A stretch of DNA of 64,000 nucleotides from Candidatus Geohabitans tengchongensis (GCA_031459625.1 JAVKIH010000002.1:145940-209939); one strand, 5' to 3'. Shown: positions 29,099 through 38,183, counted from the stretch's first letter. Numbers and translations are program-made. The notes: generated by a model not told the origin, from the sequence alone.

Positions 29099-29219
29099 TT
29101 CTAGCGCCTCATTACCGACATCGGCAATTCGAACACTTGTTCAATAAAGGTGGTATCTCACGGTGGGCCCCTCGGGGCCACCGCAATGCGGGTGACTCAT
29201 ACACCGTCCGTGGGAACGA

Positions 29220-31166
29220 TCAGGTGTCGATCAAGCCCGGATCGCCAGCAGCGTCCGCCTGCCGCATCTCCGTGTCAGCTCCAACCGGCGCGTCAGCCTC
29301 CATCGGTGACGGCTGGCTCCGCCCTGACCCTGGTGGCGCGCCCAGCGGCATCGGGGGGGGCATGTGGCTGCCTGGGGAACGCCCTGCGTTTGCCCCCACC
29401 TCACCCGCGCCCGGCATCATGGGCTCCGCGGAGGGGGTGTCGGCTCCGCCTGCCTGTCGCACCACCAGCGTCCGCAGCCGGTTGATGGCTGCGGCCACCT
29501 CGAACCGCCGCGGCCGCGCGTAGTCGCCCGGGTGGCCCTCGAAGGTGGAGAGGACCTCGAGCCCGCGCCGGTCGATGTCCGCCATGAGCGCGTCCAGCAC
29601 CTGGCTCAGCGTGCGGGTGCCGTCGAAGTACTCCTGCTCCAGGGCGTAGAAGATGGCGTCCCCGATGGCCCGGGTCTGGCTCTCGTCCACCACCTGCTCC
29701 ACGGCGGAGAGGTCGATGACATCACGCCCGAAGACGATGGTCCGCAGCCCCCGGGCGTTCACCCGTACCCGCCGCCCCCGGTAGGGGTTGAACCCCTGCG
29801 GGAGGGGCAGACGCGGGCGGGGCGGGCCGAAGGGCCGTCCCTCCGGCACGCGCCGGTCCCCGTGCTCGGCCGCCAGCCGCCGGGCCTCCTCCGTCACCAC
29901 CCGGGGCACGAAGTGGTCCATGAGGATGACCGTGTCGGCCACCCCCAAATAATCCCCCGACCCGCCGATCACCAGGATGGTGGAGACACCCAGGGCGTCG
30001 CGCAGGTGGCGCACCTGGTCGACGAAGGGGGTGATCGGCTCCAGCGCCTTCGGGACGAGCCGCTGCATCAGCTCGTCACGGATCATGAAGTTGGTGGCAC
30101 AGGTGTCCTCGTCCATCAGGAGGACCTGCGCACCCACCTCGAGCGCCTCCATGATGTTGGCGGCCTGGGAGGTGCTGCCGCTGGCGTTGTCGGTGGAGAA
30201 CGCGGTCGTCTCCACCCCGCCGGGCAGGGTGCCGATGAAGGGGCTGATGTCCACCCGGGCGATCCGGCGGCCGTCTTCAGCCCGGATCTTCACCGCCCCG
30301 GGGAGCGTGACGACGTACTCCCGCCCGTCGCCGGGGACGTGCGGGTAGACGCCGCGGACGAGGGCGCGGAGCAAGGTGGATTTCCCGTGAAAGCCGCCGC
30401 CGACAATCAGGGTGATCCCCCGCGGGATGCCCATGCCCGTGACCGGGCCACGGTTGGGCGCGTGCAGGGTGACGCGGAGCCCCTCCGGGGCGCGGAAGGG
30501 CACGGCACGGTGGGCGGGCAGGGGGAGCTCGGAGACGCCGCTCTCCCGCGGGAGGATGGCGCCCTCGGCGACCAAGGCGACGAGCCCGTGCTCGCGCAGG
30601 GCAGCCTGCAGGGCGGCGTGGTCCTCGGCGACCTCGACGTGCCGGCGGGCCGCCGCCCCATCGAGCCGCGACCAGTACAGGGCCGCCTCCAGCGCGCGCG
30701 GGAGCTCGTCGAAGAAGAGGGCTGTCGCGTCTTTGGGCAGCGGCCGGCGGCCCTCCGCGGGGAGCCCTGCCGCCAGTCGCACCTCCACGTACTCCTCCGT
30801 CAGCCGGACGGCGGTGCGCTCGAGGATCTCCTGCCCCCCGGCGTCCACCGTCACCTGCCCGGACCGGCCCGCGCCCCGACGCGGCCGGACATGCGCCCGC
30901 AGCGCCTCGGCCATGCGGCGCCCCAGGAAGTCCTCCAGGGCCACCCGTCGGACCCGCGTGGCCCACAGCTCCGGAGGGAGCTGGGCTTCGGCCATGTCGA
31001 CCCGGATCCGGAGCAGGGAGGGCGGGGCGAAGGGGTCGGGCTGGACGTGGTCGATGTAGAGGACGTGGCGGGGGAAACGGTAGGCCCCCATCAGGGCCTT
31101 GTACGCTCCATAGCCCTTCCCCTCGATGGTCAGGAGCTTGTCGCGGAGGCGTTCCGCCGGCAGCAT
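29220..31166 (-). CDS. ABC-class P-loop ATPase family protein (predicted ATPase of the ABC class, PF09818-like) with ~70 aa Pro/Gly/Met-rich C-terminal tail
   Basis: Walker A IVGGGFHGKSTLLRAL, Walker B LLMDEDTCATNFMIRDE; 648 aa. Confidence 0.7.
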   Translation of the reverse strand: MLPAERLRDKLLTIEGKGYGAYKALMGAYRFPRHVLYIDHVQPDPFAPPSLLRIRVDMAEAQLPPELWATRVRRVALEDFLGRRMAEALRAHVRPRRGAGRSGQVTVDAGGQEILERTAVRLTEEYVEVRLAAGLPAEGRRPLPKDATALFFDELPRALEAALYWSRLDGAAARRHVEVAEDHAALQAALREHGLVALVAEGAILPRESGVSELPLPAHRAVPFRAPEGLRVTLHAPNRGPVTGMGIPRGITLIVGGGFHGKSTLLRALVRGVYPHVPGDGREYVVTLPGAVKIRAEDGRRIARVDISPFIGTLPGGVETTAFSTDNASGSTSQAANIMEALEVGAQVLLMDEDTCATNFMIRDELMQRLVPKALEPITPFVDQVRHLRDALGVSTILVIGGSGDYLGVADTVILMDHFVPRVVTEEARRLAAEHGDRRVPEGRPFGPPRPRLPLPQGFNPYRGRRVRVNARGLRTIVFGRDVIDLSAVEQVVDESQTRAIGDAIFYALEQEYFDGTRTLSQVLDALMADIDRRGLEVLSTFEGHPGDYARPRRFEVAAAINRLRTLVVRQAGGADTPSAEPMMPGAGEVGANAGRSPGSHMPPPMPLGAPPGSGRSQPSPMEADAPVGADTEMRQADAAGDPGLIDT

Positions 31167-31176
31167 CCTCCGAGGG

Positions 31177-32380
31177 TCAGGACCGCCCCAGCAACCTGAT
31201 GGCCACCTGGGCGTAGAAGGTCGCGGCGGTCATCACATCGTCCAGGTCGACGTACTCGTCCGACGCGTGGGCCAGCTCGGGGATGCCGGGGCCGAAGAGG
31301 ATCGTCTCCACACCCCGCACGCTGAAGAAGCGGCCGTCGCTGGCCTGCTGGTAGCCCACCGGGCTGGGGTCCAGGCCCAGGGTGATGGCCGCCTCCTGGG
31401 CCGCCCGCACCAGCAGGGCCTCGGGAGAGGTCTCCACCGGCGGTCCCGTCTGAATGGGCTCGACGGTGACGTCCAGGTCCGGGTCCTCGTGCCGCAGGCG
31501 GGCGATCACGCGGTCGATCTCGGCCAGGGCCTCCTGCGGGCTCTCCTCCGGGAGGGTCCGGCGGTCGATGGTCGCCTCGCACCGGTCGGGCACGACATTC
31601 GTGGCGATGCCGCCGCGAATCGTCCCGAAGCTCAGTGAGGGCGGCGGCGTGAGCGGGTGGGTGCGCCGGGCCAGCGCCGTCCCGATCTCGGCGTCCAGCG
31701 CCGCCAGCACGCGGACCATCGAGCGGATGGCGTTCACGCCCGTCCAGGGCGTGGAGCCGTGCGCCGTGCGCCCCCGCGTGACCAGGCGGACCCAGAGCAC
31801 GCCCTTCTCGGCGATGGCGATGCGGTTGTTGGTCACCTCCCCCACGATGACGCGGTCGGGGCGCAGGAAGCCGCGCGTGACCAGCATCTCCGTGCCGCGC
31901 GCTCCGCCCACCTCTTCGTCGCTGACGAGGGCGAGGAGCAGCGAACCGGCCAGCGGGACGGCCAGGCGCGCCAGCGTCTCCACCGCCACCACCATCGCCG
32001 CCGCACACCCCTTGGGGTCGCCGGCACCGAGCCCGTACAGCCGCGTGCCTACCAGCTGCGCGGCGAAGGGCGGGTGCCGCCACGCTCCAGGGTCGCCCGG
32101 GGGGACGGTGTCCAGGTGGGTGAGGAGGAGCAGCTCCGGCCGGCCGCGGCCGAGCCGCAGGAGCAGGTTGGGCTTCTTGGGCTCGTCGGCCAGAATCTGG
32201 AAGTCGAGGCCGGCGCTGCGCAGCCGGGACGCCACCAGGTCCACGGCGCGGCGCGTGTCCCCGGGCGGGTTGGTCGTGTCGGTGCGCACGAGCGCCCCCA
32301 GCAGCCCGCACAGCGTGGGCCGCTGTCGGGCGATCTCGGCCGTGACATCGGGGACGGTGACCTGGGCCATCGGACAGGGT
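31177..32380 (-). CDS. M20 family metallopeptidase (ArgE/DapE/acetylornithine-deacetylase-like)
   Basis: ~400 aa from MAQVTVPD; HLDTVPPG, SDEEVGG, peptidase M20 dimerisation region. Confidence 0.8.
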
Positions 32381-32390
32381 GCCTCCGTGG

Positions 32391-33770
32391 CTAGGGTCGC
32401 GGGGACTGCGCCACCGTCGGTACCCGGCCGGCGGCCACCCGCTGCCGGGCGAGCTGCACCGCCCGGGCCAGCGGCGGGTCCACCCCCCGCTCCAGATCCT
32501 CGACGGTGAGCTCCAGGGTGACGTGCGGGGTCACGCCCTCGCGCTCCAGCCGGGCGCCCTTCGCCGAGCGCATCCGCAGGATCGTCACCGAGAGCGCCGA
32601 GCCGTCGGAGAGGCGGTAGAGCGTGCTCGCCTCCACGGCGCCGGCCGTCTTCGTCCCCACGATCAGGGCCCGCCCGTGCTCCTTCAACGCCGCGGCCAGC
32701 AGCTCGGCCGCCGACGCGCTGCCCTCGTCCACCAGGACCACCATCGGCACCGTCCGCGGCAGGAAGGCCGGCGCCCGGGTGCGCACGACCGTCGTCTGCC
32801 CGCCCCGCGTCGTCTCCTGGTAGATGGGGAGCCCCGCCGGGAGCAGCAGGTTCAGCGTCCCGCGCAGCTCGTGGAGGAAGCCGCCGCTGTTGCCGCGCAC
32901 GTCCAGCACCAGCGCCCGCATCCCCTGCCCGAGCAGCCGCCCCAGCGCGGCCCGCATCTCCGCCGTCGTCCCCTCGACGAACTGGTAGAGCTGGACGTAG
33001 CCGATGCCGGGCTGGACCATCTCCGCGGCGAAGACGGAGGGCATCTCGATGGGCGCCCGCACCACGGTCACGACGAGCGGCGTGGGGCGGCCGGGACGCT
33101 GCAGGGTCAGCGTCACCGCCGTCCCCTCGGGACCGCGGATCAGGTTCACCACCTGGTCCACCTCCAGGCCGCTGGTGGAGACATCGCCGACGCGCAGGAT
33201 GCGGTCGAACCGTCGCACGCCGGCGCGCTGGGCCGGGGTGTTGGGGATGACGTCCCGCACGTAGAAGCGCCCCTCGTTCGGCAGCAGCACGATGCCGACA
33301 CCGGAGAAGAAGGCCTCGCGGCGCTGCTTGCGCAGGCGCTCGGTGTACTGCTCCGGCGTCATGAAGCCTGTGTGGGAGTCGTTGAAGGCGGCGGTCATCC
33401 CGCGGATGGCGGCGTAGGCCAGCGCCTGGGCCGAGAGCTTCCCCTGGACCGCCGCCTGTGCGGCGTCGAAGCGGGCGCGGAAAAGGCGGTCCGCCTCGCC
33501 GTCGGTGGTCCCCGGCGGCAGGGGCTCGAGGGTGACGGTCACGCCGGCCGCGGCCAGCGCCCGCTCCAGAGTGGTCAGCGCCGCGTTCAGCAGCCGCACG
33601 CGGTCGACCGGGTCGACGTAGTGCTGGTCGAGCACCCCGAGGGCCTCCAGGACCAGCCCGGCGTCGGCAGGTGCGGCCTGCCCCCGGCCGACATGCGGCG
33701 CCAGGAGCAGGCCCGCAGCCAGGACCACCCCGAGGGCCAGGACCTGCCACGGCGCAGCCCGTCGCTTCAC
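32391..33770 (-). CDS. S41 family C-terminal processing peptidase (CtpA-like) with PDZ domain, secreted
   Basis: Signal peptide, PDZ region, S41 catalytic block VLVDEGSASAAELLAAAL. Confidence 0.8.
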   Translation of the reverse strand: MKRRAAPWQVLALGVVLAAGLLLAPHVGRGQAAPADAGLVLEALGVLDQHYVDPVDRVRLLNAALTTLERALAAAGVTVTLEPLPPGTTDGEADRLFRARFDAAQAAVQGKLSAQALAYAAIRGMTAAFNDSHTGFMTPEQYTERLRKQRREAFFSGVGIVLLPNEGRFYVRDVIPNTPAQRAGVRRFDRILRVGDVSTSGLEVDQVVNLIRGPEGTAVTLTLQRPGRPTPLVVTVVRAPIEMPSVFAAEMVQPGIGYVQLYQFVEGTTAEMRAALGRLLGQGMRALVLDVRGNSGGFLHELRGTLNLLLPAGLPIYQETTRGGQTTVVRTRAPAFLPRTVPMVVLVDEGSASAAELLAAALKEHGRALIVGTKTAGAVEASTLYRLSDGSALSVTILRMRSAKGARLEREGVTPHVTLELTVEDLERGVDPPLARAVQLARQRVAAGRVPTVAQSPRP

Positions 33771-33900
33771 GTCGCTCCTCCCATCAGCGCAGCCGCCTCC
33801 GCGCCGCGCACGGTCTCGACCCTCCCGCCCTCATCCCGCGGACGGCGCCGGTCCCGCACACCGCCGCCCGTCCACCGCCGCGCTCACGGTGCCAGCCCCC

Positions 33901-34629
33901 TCACAGCGCCGGCCGGAAGGGCAGCAGCCGGAAGAGCCAGGCGTTCACCGTATACACGAGGTCGGTCACCAGCGCCAGCCCCATGACCACCAGGAAGGCG
34001 CCGCTCAGCGCCGTCGTCGGTCCGGTCAGGCGGCGCAGGACGCCGAGCGTGTCGAACGCCAGGACGAGCGCCGCGGCGGTGACGAGGAACGGCACCCCCA
34101 GCCCGAGCGAGTAGGCGAAGAGCAACGTCGCGCCCGTCGCGGCATCCTGCTGCGTCGCCGCCAGCGTCAGCACCGCCGCCAGCACCGGCCCCACGCACGG
34201 CGTCCAGGCGAAGCCGAAGGCCATCCCCACGGGGATCGCCCCCAGCAGGCCAACGGGGCGGTGGGTCAGGCGGATGCGTCGCTCCCGCAGGAGGAACGGC
34301 GCACGGGTCAGCACCGCCACCCCCAGGAGGAGGACCACGGCCCCACCCACGCGGCTCAGCCAGACCCGGTTGGTCAGGACGAAGCCGCCGACCACCGAGG
34401 CCGACGCCCCCAGCGCCGTGAACACCAGGGCAAACCCCAGGACGAAGAGGGCCGTGGCGCTGAGCACGCGGGCCAGGTGACGGCGGCGCTCCCGCGGGTC
34501 CAGCGCGGGGAGCGCGACCCCCGAGACGAACGAGACGTAGCCGGGGATGAGGGGGACGATGCAGGGCGACAGGAACCCCAGCACGCCCGCCGCGAAGGCG
34601 ACGAGGATGCCGACCTCAGCCACGTTCAC
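33901..34629 (-). CDS. ccdA: Cytochrome c-type biogenesis / thiol-disulfide transporter CcdA (DsbD family)
   Basis: 6 TM; paired Cys motifs SPCIVPL and TPCVGPV. Confidence 0.8.
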   Translation of the reverse strand: MNVAEVGILVAFAAGVLGFLSPCIVPLIPGYVSFVSGVALPALDPRERRRHLARVLSATALFVLGFALVFTALGASASVVGGFVLTNRVWLSRVGGAVVLLLGVAVLTRAPFLLRERRIRLTHRPVGLLGAIPVGMAFGFAWTPCVGPVLAAVLTLAATQQDAATGATLLFAYSLGLGVPFLVTAAALVLAFDTLGVLRRLTGPTTALSGAFLVVMGLALVTDLVYTVNAWLFRLLPFRPAL

Positions 34630-34761
34630 ACGCTCTCGAGCCCCTCTCCGCCTCGCCCCCAGCCTTCCCGCGCCATTCTAGCACCGCCACGCCGCTTCGC
34701 TCTGGCACCGGCGCTCCGCTCGTGCAACGGCGCTGGGGCCGCCGGTGTTCCTGGGTACGTG

Positions 34762-35535
34762 CTACGCCGGCTTCAGCCGCACCGGCGCGCCCGGCCCGAG
34801 ACCTAGCACCGCCGCGGCGCTCCCCTCCCGGACCGCGACCTCCACGAGGCCGTCGCTGCCCGCCAGCACGAGGAGTTCTCCCGTCACCCCCTCGCCGTAC
34901 GTCCGCCGCACCGCCACCTCCCGCGTGCTGCCCGGCGTCTCCAGGCGGAGGGCGCCGGCCCCGGGCAGCAGGGTCGCGGGGATGCTGGTGATCAGGTTCC
35001 CGAAGGGGTCGATGTAGAGGACCTCGCCGACCAGATCCTCCCCCTCCCGCCGCCCCACGGCCCAGGCGAGGTCGACGAGGTCCGTGACCGGCACGCCCAG
35101 GCGGTCGGGAAGTTCTCCCGCCAGCAGGCGGGCGGCGGCCGGGGCAAACAGGTCCCGCCCGTGGAACGTCGTGGAGGCACCCGGGAGCGCCACACCCGGG
35201 TCAAGGGTCCAGGCCTGCGGCCGCCCCAGACGGCGAGCCGCGGGGAGCAGCAGCCCGTTGTCCGGCCCGACGAAGAGGTGCCCCCCGCTGCGGACCACCA
35301 GCGGGCGGCGGGCGGTACCGACGCCGGGATCCACCACGGCCAGGTGGACCGTGCCCGGCGGGCAGAACGGCGCCACCGCGGCGAGCAGGTAGGCCCCCTG
35401 CCGGACGTCGTGGCGCGGCACGTCGTGGGTGATGTCCAGGAAGAGCGCCTCCACCCGCGCGGCCACGACGGCTTTCATCGCGGCCGGGTAGGGCGAGGCG
35501 GACCCGAAGTCGGAGAGCAGGGTGAGCAGCCGCAT
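34762..35535 (-). CDS. SAM hydroxide adenosyltransferase (DUF62, fluorinase/chlorinase-like family)
   Basis: MRLLTLLSDFGSASPYPAAMKAVV… N-terminal signature of DUF62. Confidence 0.75.
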   Translation of the reverse strand: MRLLTLLSDFGSASPYPAAMKAVVAARVEALFLDITHDVPRHDVRQGAYLLAAVAPFCPPGTVHLAVVDPGVGTARRPLVVRSGGHLFVGPDNGLLLPAARRLGRPQAWTLDPGVALPGASTTFHGRDLFAPAAARLLAGELPDRLGVPVTDLVDLAWAVGRREGEDLVGEVLYIDPFGNLITSIPATLLPGAGALRLETPGSTREVAVRRTYGEGVTGELLVLAGSDGLVEVAVREGSAAAVLGLGPGAPVRLKPA

Positions 35536-35570
35536 CCCGTGTCAGCCAGCCGACGCCCGGGAGCCGTGCA

Positions 35571-36371
35571 TCACCGCTGGCAGGTGGGGCACCAGAACGA
35601 CGGACGGCCGCCCAGGCGCCCCTGCCGGATCGGCGTGCCGTCGCGCGGGCAGGGCTGGCCGGCCCGCCCGTAGACCGCCAGCGGGAACCGCCCGTGCCGT
35701 CCGCGGGCGTCGACGAAGTCCGGCTCGCCGCCCAGGCGGACGGCTTCGCGCAGCACGGTGCGCACTGCGTCGTAGAGCGCCGCCCGCTCGGCCTCACCGA
35801 GGGACTCCACCGGCCGGTGGGGCGCCAGGCCGGCCCGGTGGGCGATTTCGTGAGCCCAGAGGTTGCCGATCCCGGCAACGCGCGCCTGGTCGGTGAGGAC
35901 CGTCCAGACGGCGCCCCGGGCCCCCGCCAGGCGCGCCTCGAAGGCGGAGCGCGTGAAGGCGCGGCTCAGCGGGTCGATCCCCAGCTCCTCGACGCCGGGC
36001 ACCTCGTGGTCCCGCAGCCGCACCAGGTGGATCTCGCTGAGCTGCAGCTCCCGGAACTCAAGGGCGCTGCCGTCATCGAAGGTGAGGAGGAGCGCGGTCT
36101 CCCGGTCGGGAGCGGGAGGGCGCCGGTGGAGCCGCACCGCGCCCCAGAGTTTGAAGTGGAAGCGCAGCGCGTGCCCGTCCACACGCAAGACGAGCGACTT
36201 CCCCAGCCGTTCCAGGCGCTCCACGCGCTTCCCGCGCAGCGCCCGCGCCAGGGCGGGGGCAGTGTGGGTGCGCACCGCCACCGGCCGCAACACCTCCACC
36301 GCGGTGATGCGCCGGCCCAGGATGGGGCGCAGGGTGCGGCGGGCGGTCTCGACCTCGGGCAGCTCGGGCAC
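35571..36371 (-). CDS. Fpg/Nei family DNA glycosylase, paralog 1 (GTG start, PELPEVE N-terminus, C-terminal zinc finger)
   Basis: VPELPEVETARRTL…; H2TH region; CPRDG…CPTCQ zinc finger. Confidence 0.8.
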   Translation of the reverse strand: MPELPEVETARRTLRPILGRRITAVEVLRPVAVRTHTAPALARALRGKRVERLERLGKSLVLRVDGHALRFHFKLWGAVRLHRRPPAPDRETALLLTFDDGSALEFRELQLSEIHLVRLRDHEVPGVEELGIDPLSRAFTRSAFEARLAGARGAVWTVLTDQARVAGIGNLWAHEIAHRAGLAPHRPVESLGEAERAALYDAVRTVLREAVRLGGEPDFVDARGRHGRFPLAVYGRAGQPCPRDGTPIRQGRLGGRPSFWCPTCQR

Positions 36372-36373
36372 GG

Positions 36374-37240
36374 CTAGCGCAGGAGGCGGGAGAGGCGGCG
36401 GTCGGCGTAGACCTTGCCGCCGGTCTGGCAGGTCGGACAGTAGGTCGTCTCGTGCTCGGCGTAGTAGACGGCGGCAAGGAGCGTCCCGCAACGCGGGCAG
36501 GGCTCGCGGGCGTGGCGGTGGACGCGCAGCAGGTCGAGCGGCTCGCGCTGCGGCCAGGTGCCGGCGAAGCGGCGGCGGTGCGCCTCCACCGCCCGGTCGA
36601 GCACGATGCGGACGGCCTCGTAGAGGCGGCGGCGGGCTGCGTCATCCAGCGTGGCGGTGATGGCGAAGGGGGAGCAGCGGGCCTCCCAGAGGATCTCGTC
36701 GGCATAGGCGTTGCCGATGCCGGCCAGGAACGTCTGCGTGGTGAGGAAGCGCTTGGCCTGGGTGCGCGCCCGGTCCAGGAGGGCGTCCAGCACGTCGGGA
36801 GTGAAGGCCGCCTCCAGCGGCTCCACGCCCAACGCCGCGACCGGCTCGAGGCGCTCCGCCTCGGCGGTGGGGCGCACCCACAGCCCCGCCCGCTTCCTGG
36901 GGCCCGGCTCGACCAGGCGCACCTCTTCGCCGCCGTCCAGCCGCAGCACGAGGGCGACGTCGCGCGCCGGCCGGCGCGCGCCCGGGGCGAGCAGCAGACG
37001 GCCATCGCGCTTCAGGTGGAGGATCAGGGTCAGTCCCCCGCTCAGGTCGAGGAGGAGGAGCTTCCCGCGGCGGCGCGCGGCCTCCACGCGGCGGGGCGGC
37101 ACGGCCGCGACGCTGCCGAGCGGCGGCTCCACGGTCTTGAGCAGGGAGGGGGCCAGGACGTGGACGCCGGTGACGGGGCGGCCGACGACCTTCGCCCTGA
37201 GCGTCTCCACCAGGACCTGCACGAAGGGCAGCTCAGGCAT
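36374..37240 (-). CDS. Fpg/Nei family DNA glycosylase, paralog 2 (N-terminus MPELPFVQ)
   Basis: MPELPFVQVLVETLRAKV…; CPRCG…CPTCQ zinc finger; 2 nt downstream of paralog 1 start. Confidence 0.8.
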   Translation of the reverse strand: MPELPFVQVLVETLRAKVVGRPVTGVHVLAPSLLKTVEPPLGSVAAVPPRRVEAARRRGKLLLLDLSGGLTLILHLKRDGRLLLAPGARRPARDVALVLRLDGGEEVRLVEPGPRKRAGLWVRPTAEAERLEPVAALGVEPLEAAFTPDVLDALLDRARTQAKRFLTTQTFLAGIGNAYADEILWEARCSPFAITATLDDAARRRLYEAVRIVLDRAVEAHRRRFAGTWPQREPLDLLRVHRHAREPCPRCGTLLAAVYYAEHETTYCPTCQTGGKVYADRRLSRLLR

Positions 37241-37261
37241 GGCGCGCGGCCGCCGCCTCCC

Positions 37262-37918
37262 TCACCGGCGCAGGCTGAGCGTCACCCCGTCGTGCAGCGG
37301 CAGGATCACGGAGAGGAGCGCGGGATCGCTGAAGGCGCGCGCGTTGTAGGCGCGGACGCCCTCCCGGGCCTCCTCGTCCCAGAACCCCGGGCCCGAGCCG
37401 GGGATGACCTCTCCCCCGAGGAGGGCGTTGTCCGCCAGGATGAGGCCGCCCGGCGTGGTCAGGCGCAGGGCGTGCTCGAGGTAGGCGGGGTACTCGGCCT
37501 TCACCGCATCCAGGAAGATCAGGCCGAAGCCGGGGTCCAGCTGGGGCAGCACGTCCAGGGCGGCACCCACGCGCACCTCCACCACCTCCGCCAGCCCCGC
37601 CTCCGCCAGATTGCGCCGCGCCCGCGCCGCCATGGACTCGCGCAGCTCCACGGTGAGCAGCCGGCCGCCCGTCTCGCGCAGCGCGCGGCCCATCCAGATG
37701 GCGGCGTACCCGATGGCGGTGCCCACCTCCAGGGCCCGCGCCGGGCGGGTCGCCCCGATCAGGGCCGCCAGGAGGTGGCCGACGTGGGGGCCGGAGATGG
37801 GGATGCGCTCCTCGCGCGCCTGGGCCTCCAGATCGGCCAGCAACGGGTCGCGTGGAGGCAGCAGGCCATCGAGGTAGGCGTTGAGTCGCGCTTCGAGCAC
37901 GTCCGGCATGCGCGCCAT
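37262..37918 (-). CDS. Class I SAM-dependent O-methyltransferase (caffeoyl-CoA OMT / YrrM-like)
   Basis: 218 aa; SAM-binding LEVGTAIGYAAIWM, family-3 OMT sequence. Confidence 0.75.
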   Translation of the reverse strand: MARMPDVLEARLNAYLDGLLPPRDPLLADLEAQAREERIPISGPHVGHLLAALIGATRPARALEVGTAIGYAAIWMGRALRETGGRLLTVELRESMAARARRNLAEAGLAEVVEVRVGAALDVLPQLDPGFGLIFLDAVKAEYPAYLEHALRLTTPGGLILADNALLGGEVIPGSGPGFWDEEAREGVRAYNARAFSDPALLSVILPLHDGVTLSLRR

Positions 37919-38128
37919 ACGGCAGCCTCACGCCCGCACGATTGGGGCGTCACCGGAAGGCGGCACCCCTGGGGGGACGGCACTACGGTAGCGCGGCCGG
38001 TCGTACCCGTACAGCCACGGGAACGATAGTGGAGAAGCGAGGGGGGGTGGAGGAGCGCCCGGACACCCACCCCATCGCCGGGGCCGCGACCCGGCCACCG
38101 GCCAGGTCGCGGTGAAGGAGGCAACGGG

Positions 38129-38153
38129 ACCCGGCACCCGCAGGAGGTGCCGG
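38129..38153. other. Perfect 9-bp-stem hairpin CCCGGCACC-N7-GGTGCCGGG in a 265-nt noncoding gap (possible terminator of the small secreted-protein gene)
   Basis: Read directly; no U-tract. Confidence 0.35.
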
Positions 38154-38183
38154 GCTCGCCTCCACGCCCGGGCCTGCTCTTGC

